Below, in pieces: positions 60,339-64,000 of a stretch of DNA of 64,000 nucleotides. The notes under the pieces were generated by a model. That model saw only the letters and a list, made by a program, of their open reading frames with translations, ran no database searches and was not told the DNA's origin. Both the position numbers and the translations under genes were made by a program. Positions within the stretch are counted from its first letter, which is position 1. Each line of letters opens with the position of its first letter. Source of the stretch: Epithemia pelagica (lineage: Eukaryota > Protista > Bacillariophyta); the NCBI GenBank assembly GCA_946965045.2, contig OX337238.1, positions 992,001 through 1,056,000 of the forward strand, written 5' to 3'.

Positions 60339-62018
60339 GGTGGATGATGTCGCAGTTGGATTCGTTGTTCCGGTGGTTCCGGAGGGGCTAGAGGCGTAGG
60401 GGCTAAAAGATTACACCTAGACATAATAGACACTGTGTGAACTTTTTGTGACAAGTGAACAAGCGTTTCAAATCCGATTTTGTGAATTCACGAATTTTTC
60501 ACGGCCACATCAGGCCACATGTGCAAAATTGTGAACTTTTGTGAACTTTGTGAATGTTCACGAAAGATAAGACCAACCCTCACACAGAGGCCATCACAGA
60601 CAGTTCACAATGGCATGGCATGAATTGTCGCCTTTCATGCAATTGAGGTAAGTTTGAACGCACAAAATGTTTCCATGACAACAGCTCTTGTACTGTCATT
60701 CTAACTTCTCCCTCACTCTTGTATTCGTTTTTCTCTTCTGATATTCTCCATTCGCCAACTGTCTCTCTCCACTTCTTTGAGAGCGAAAGTTTTGTGCCTA
60801 TGGAATGCCTATTCTCCATTCGAGCCTCGGCTTAAAATTGGAAACCACAACATAAAGCTTCTTTTCTTTGAATTTTGGAGGAGTTTTTTATCTGTAGTTT
60901 AGTTCTCATCTTTCATAGGTTTTGTAAGATCGTTGCAGCGTGTTATTTCCTTGTTTTCAACAACCATGACACTCTGAAGCAGGTAAGAAGCCATCTTCCA
61001 GCATATCCGATAGACTCTATGATCCATGACGACTACTCCTCTAGTTATAGTAGGACTAGTGACAACAAGATGCTGCAGTTGTCGTCATCTAGATCTACCA
61101 CTCAACGAAAGGTTCTGTGGTCGACACGGATGATGGATGGGCGAAACACAATGATGAGTGTAAAAAAACATGCTACAAAGATATGAAGACAACCAACCAA
61201 CAATCAAACAGCACTACAAATAAAGCAAAGGAAAAGTTGTGGCAAATGGCCTACAATGACTTGTCCTCCGTTTCATTGCGACGAAATCAAAGGACAACAA
61301 ACCATCAACTTTAACATGGACAAAGATAAATGAGATAACGTGTGAGAAAACTATGCAGGGCATGAAAGAAGCTAAGAGACAAACAACAAGTAACAAGAGA
61401 GAAAACCAACCAAAATACTGCTTCAGGTCACAAGGATTCGTAAAGAGCTCGCTTCATGGTCAATATCGATGTTTTTGACACCGCGTGAAATATGAAAGGA
61501 TTCCAAATTTGAATCGTGGTCACGGTCACAGGAAGGTGCCAACTGCCAACCGCCAACGGCTACTTGCACGCCGGCATTTCCACCAACACGAGGAATCATA
61601 TTGGTGAAAAGGACAGACGAAAAGTGAAATTTCCTGTCTGTGTCCACTTGGGAACCTATGAAGGTGGCACAGACAAAAAACAGCTAAGCAGTGGACACTG
61701 ATACCGAGGGTTCCGAACAGAAGAATACTCCGGAATCTATATGTGCTCAAGCTAATCCGGTGGCAACAACAGACGAAGTCAGTCATCGAGCTCACGGACA
61801 TTTACCTACAAGAGAAGAATCAGACGATTGAACAAGATCCAAGTGCGTATGAGAAATCTCTGTAAGAGTTTGGAACCACGGATTTTGGACAATCGTCTTG
61901 GTCACACTGTCTTCAGATTGATCTAGTCGATAAGGTGCTTTTCCCTGCAGGTTCAGCATCTATTGAGGTTGTATTGCTCTGAGTTAAAGTTTTTGTAGTC
62001 GTTCCTTACCTAGCTCCC

Positions 62019-64000
62019 ATGTCGTCGTCTGGCTTCTCGTCGCGTTTTTCGTCTGCTCCTCGCGAGCGTGTGTCTCTGGGCCCTCGCCCTCCCGCTGCGT
62101 CTTCGCGTCCTCCTTCGGAGGCCACGTTGCCATCTCTGTCGGGCCTCGGTGTGGGAGTTGGAACGACTACTTTGCGGGTCCCTGTTTCGACGTTGTCGGG
62201 TCTTGCACCTGCTTTGTCGGACACGGGGGGGGGGGGGGATAACGAAGGAGTGAGTGGTGATGTGGCTGGTTTGACTGGTTCGGATCGTGGTGGCACGGAA
62301 GCATCTCTTGCATCGGCTGGGGGAGGTGCATTTGCACCCCCCTCCCCGCCGCTTTTCTTCTCCCGTGACCGTGCGGGGAGTTTTGCTGCGGGCGTGAACT
62401 CTTCGAGTTCTCGTGCGTCGGAAGTTGGATGGTACGCTGGCTTAACTGGTGGCCGTGAAGATGCTGACGCTTCCAGCGGCGGGCCGCCTCCTACTTCTCA
62501 AGAGCGGCTTGCTTCTGCATGGGCTAAGTCTGATCGGGAAAGCGAATCTTGGTTCTTGAAGTCGCGTGGTGGGATTTCTGAGAAAGATTCTCTCGAATCC
62601 GGAACACCGATGGATGAAGACACCAAGCAAGCTGGGCGAAAACCTTCTGCAGTCGCTTCGATTGCAGAAACTTTTGGTTCTGATCGGTTCCCTGGGGGAT
62701 TCCCTTCAAAGTCGGAGATCCATCATGGTGAGCACCCAATCTCTAACAATTTTGTGTCTGTGCGTTGCGTCGATGTGAGTGAGCATGATTTGTGTGGCAG
62801 CGCTGTTGGTGCGTCGGGAAAGTTTTGTACGCTCCGCAAGATCTATTGTAAAACCAAGTCCCATCACAAAAGGGGACCCACCTTTCTCGACACCCTGAAG
62901 AACAAGGGCCTCGGGAAAGTGCTCTTCATCAACGCTCCAATGAGTAGAGCACAGAAAGGGAAAGAAGATGCCCCTCTGCAAGCCTTCCAAGATCCGTACT
63001 TGGATGCGGCGGCGCTGGATTCGTCTAAGGTCGAAGAACTGATGGCGGCCAAAATTCAGCCGGTCTTAGTCTGGACATCGCTATTCTCGTTGATCAAGAG
63101 CGAAATGCAATCGGATTTGGAACCTACCAAGAAAAATATCGGAGCGGCCTTGGAAGCCATTGGCGAATTGGACGGAGCCGAAACGGATTCATGGTCCATC
63201 GCTGAAGACGATGAATTGGGCTTCGCTACTATGTCGGCATTAAAGAACAAGGCGGTCCACGTCGCTCACACTCCAGCGAAGGGCCTACGTTTGGAAGATG
63301 TGGAACTCCCTCCGCCGATGGAGCCACTTGATTTGCGACCTTTGTCCGCGGAGTCGGCGAACGTAAAGGAAGCTTTGGTTCACAACACTGTTGTGCTGGG
63401 CCAAGCCACTCAAGCATCATCTAATCAACTCGTGGCTTTACGAGCAAGGCAGCTAGAGCAAAACCGGCTGTTGAACATTTTGGTCAACAAAGTGAACGTC
63501 ATGAACGGTCTGCTGGGAGCTCCCCCGTCTGGAGCTGAAACGGTGTCTGTTTGGCAAGCTGTATCGGAGCTACAAGACAAAGAGACGAAACAAGAGGATG
63601 TTTCAGAGGAGTCGAAAGAATGGCGGATCGGAATGATGGATCTCCATCAGAAGATGCATTCGCTCTCCTCCGATCTTGAAGAGGCTAAGCGAAAATCGGA
63701 CGGGTACGAAAAGGACCGCCAGATGCTCAAGCTCCTGCCCGAAGAAGTCAAGAGAATGATTTGGCAGGAATTGAAGAAGGTGGAAAACACAATCATCGAC
63801 GCAAACGAGTATTTCCAAGGAGGAGGTCGCGTCGAGCTAGAGAACCATATTCGATATTTGACCGACACCTTGCATTCGGTGCTACAACAAAGGACGGCAA
63901 GTTCATCCAACTTAGCAAGCGCCGGAATTGATCCCCAGGAGATAGTGGAAATAAAGCGACTTCTGAGCAAGATGGAGGAACAGGAACGAACACAACAATT
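62019..64000 (+). CDS. Long ORF (>=660 aa, 3'-partial) with Cys/His cluster and coiled coils; probable gag/ORF1-like protein of a retroelement
   Basis: Translated by hand: open from ATG 62019 through the G14 run to the window end. Contains LCGSAVGASGKFCTLRKIYCKTKSH. Absent from the supplied ORF track. Confidence 0.7.
   Translation, partial: MSSSGFSSRFSSAPRERVSLGPRPPAASSRPPSEATLPSLSGLGVGVGTTTLRVPVSTLSGLAPALSDTGGGGDNEGVSGDVAGLTGSDRGGTEASLASAGGGAFAPPSPPLFFSRDRAGSFAAGVNSSSSRASEVGWYAGLTGGREDADASSGGPPPTSQERLASAWAKSDRESESWFLKSRGGISEKDSLESGTPMDEDTKQAGRKPSAVASIAETFGSDRFPGGFPSKSEIHHGEHPISNNFVSVRCVDVSEHDLCGSAVGASGKFCTLRKIYCKTKSHHKRGPTFLDTLKNKGLGKVLFINAPMSRAQKGKEDAPLQAFQDPYLDAAALDSSKVEELMAAKIQPVLVWTSLFSLIKSEMQSDLEPTKKNIGAALEAIGELDGAETDSWSIAEDDELGFATMSALKNKAVHVAHTPAKGLRLEDVELPPPMEPLDLRPLSAESANVKEALVHNTVVLGQATQASSNQLVALRARQLEQNRLLNILVNKVNVMNGLLGAPPSGAETVSVWQAVSELQDKETKQEDVSEESKEWRIGMMDLHQKMHSLSSDLEEAKRKSDGYEKDRQMLKLLPEEVKRMIWQELKKVENTIIDANEYFQGGGRVELENHIRYLTDTLHSVLQQRTASSSNLASAGIDPQEIVEIKRLLSKMEEQERTQQ

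Larger units (their letters stand above)
57460..60579 (+). mobile_element. PIF/Harbinger DNA transposon with approx. 40-bp imperfect TIRs and TCA target duplication
   Basis: TIR GGGTTGGTCTTATCTT..GTGAACATTCACAAAGTTCACA; TCA at 57457-59 and 60580-82; subterminal GTGAAC/GTTCAC repeats; two convergent ORFs. Confidence 0.88.
57211..61713. mobile_element. Element bounded by perfect 88-bp terminal inverted repeats; approx. 1.4-kb non-autonomous element once the nested Harbinger is removed
   Basis: 57211-57298 is the exact reverse complement of 61626-61713. No clear TSD. Confidence 0.8.

Noticed and set aside
62225-62238. G14 run as a frameshift
   Set aside because: Counting shows the ORF stays in frame (ACG GGG GGG GGG GGG GAT).

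Overview
Eukaryotic nuclear DNA, almost certainly from a diatom, probably a raphid pennate (inferred from two silicon transporters, a plastid-targeted PDS and short GT-AG introns). Host genes: CNOT10-like, a Kelch protein, a protein with a duplicated unknown domain, two near-identical tandem SITs, a Cys-rich membrane protein, two paralogous secreted RXL/KG-rich/PKPT/dirigent-like proteins, an F-box protein, a sulfotransferase-like protein, phytoene desaturase, a SAM protein, a rhodopsin-histidine kinase hybrid and a Nudix protein. Mobile DNA: an interrupted A/C-rich ORF followed by a regular RNA/ssDNA rod, a Crypton-like tyrosine recombinase gene, a two-ORF CRE-clade LINE, a full-length but damaged Copia, a Harbinger nested in an 88-bp-TIR element, and a gag-like ORF running off the right edge that the ORF track missed. 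Three observations stand out. (1) A 212-nt rod at 17125-17336 in which perfect stems alternate with blocks of tandem G.A pairs, capped by a GNRA loop. (2) A Copia primer-binding site complementary to the 5' end and D-arm of an initiator-Met-type tRNA, in an element with an in-frame gag UGA-CGG junction. (3) An 8-TM rhodopsin-HisKA-HATPase-REC-HPt protein that keeps the retinal-binding lysine. All family assignments come from motif recognition by eye; no searches or folding programs were run.
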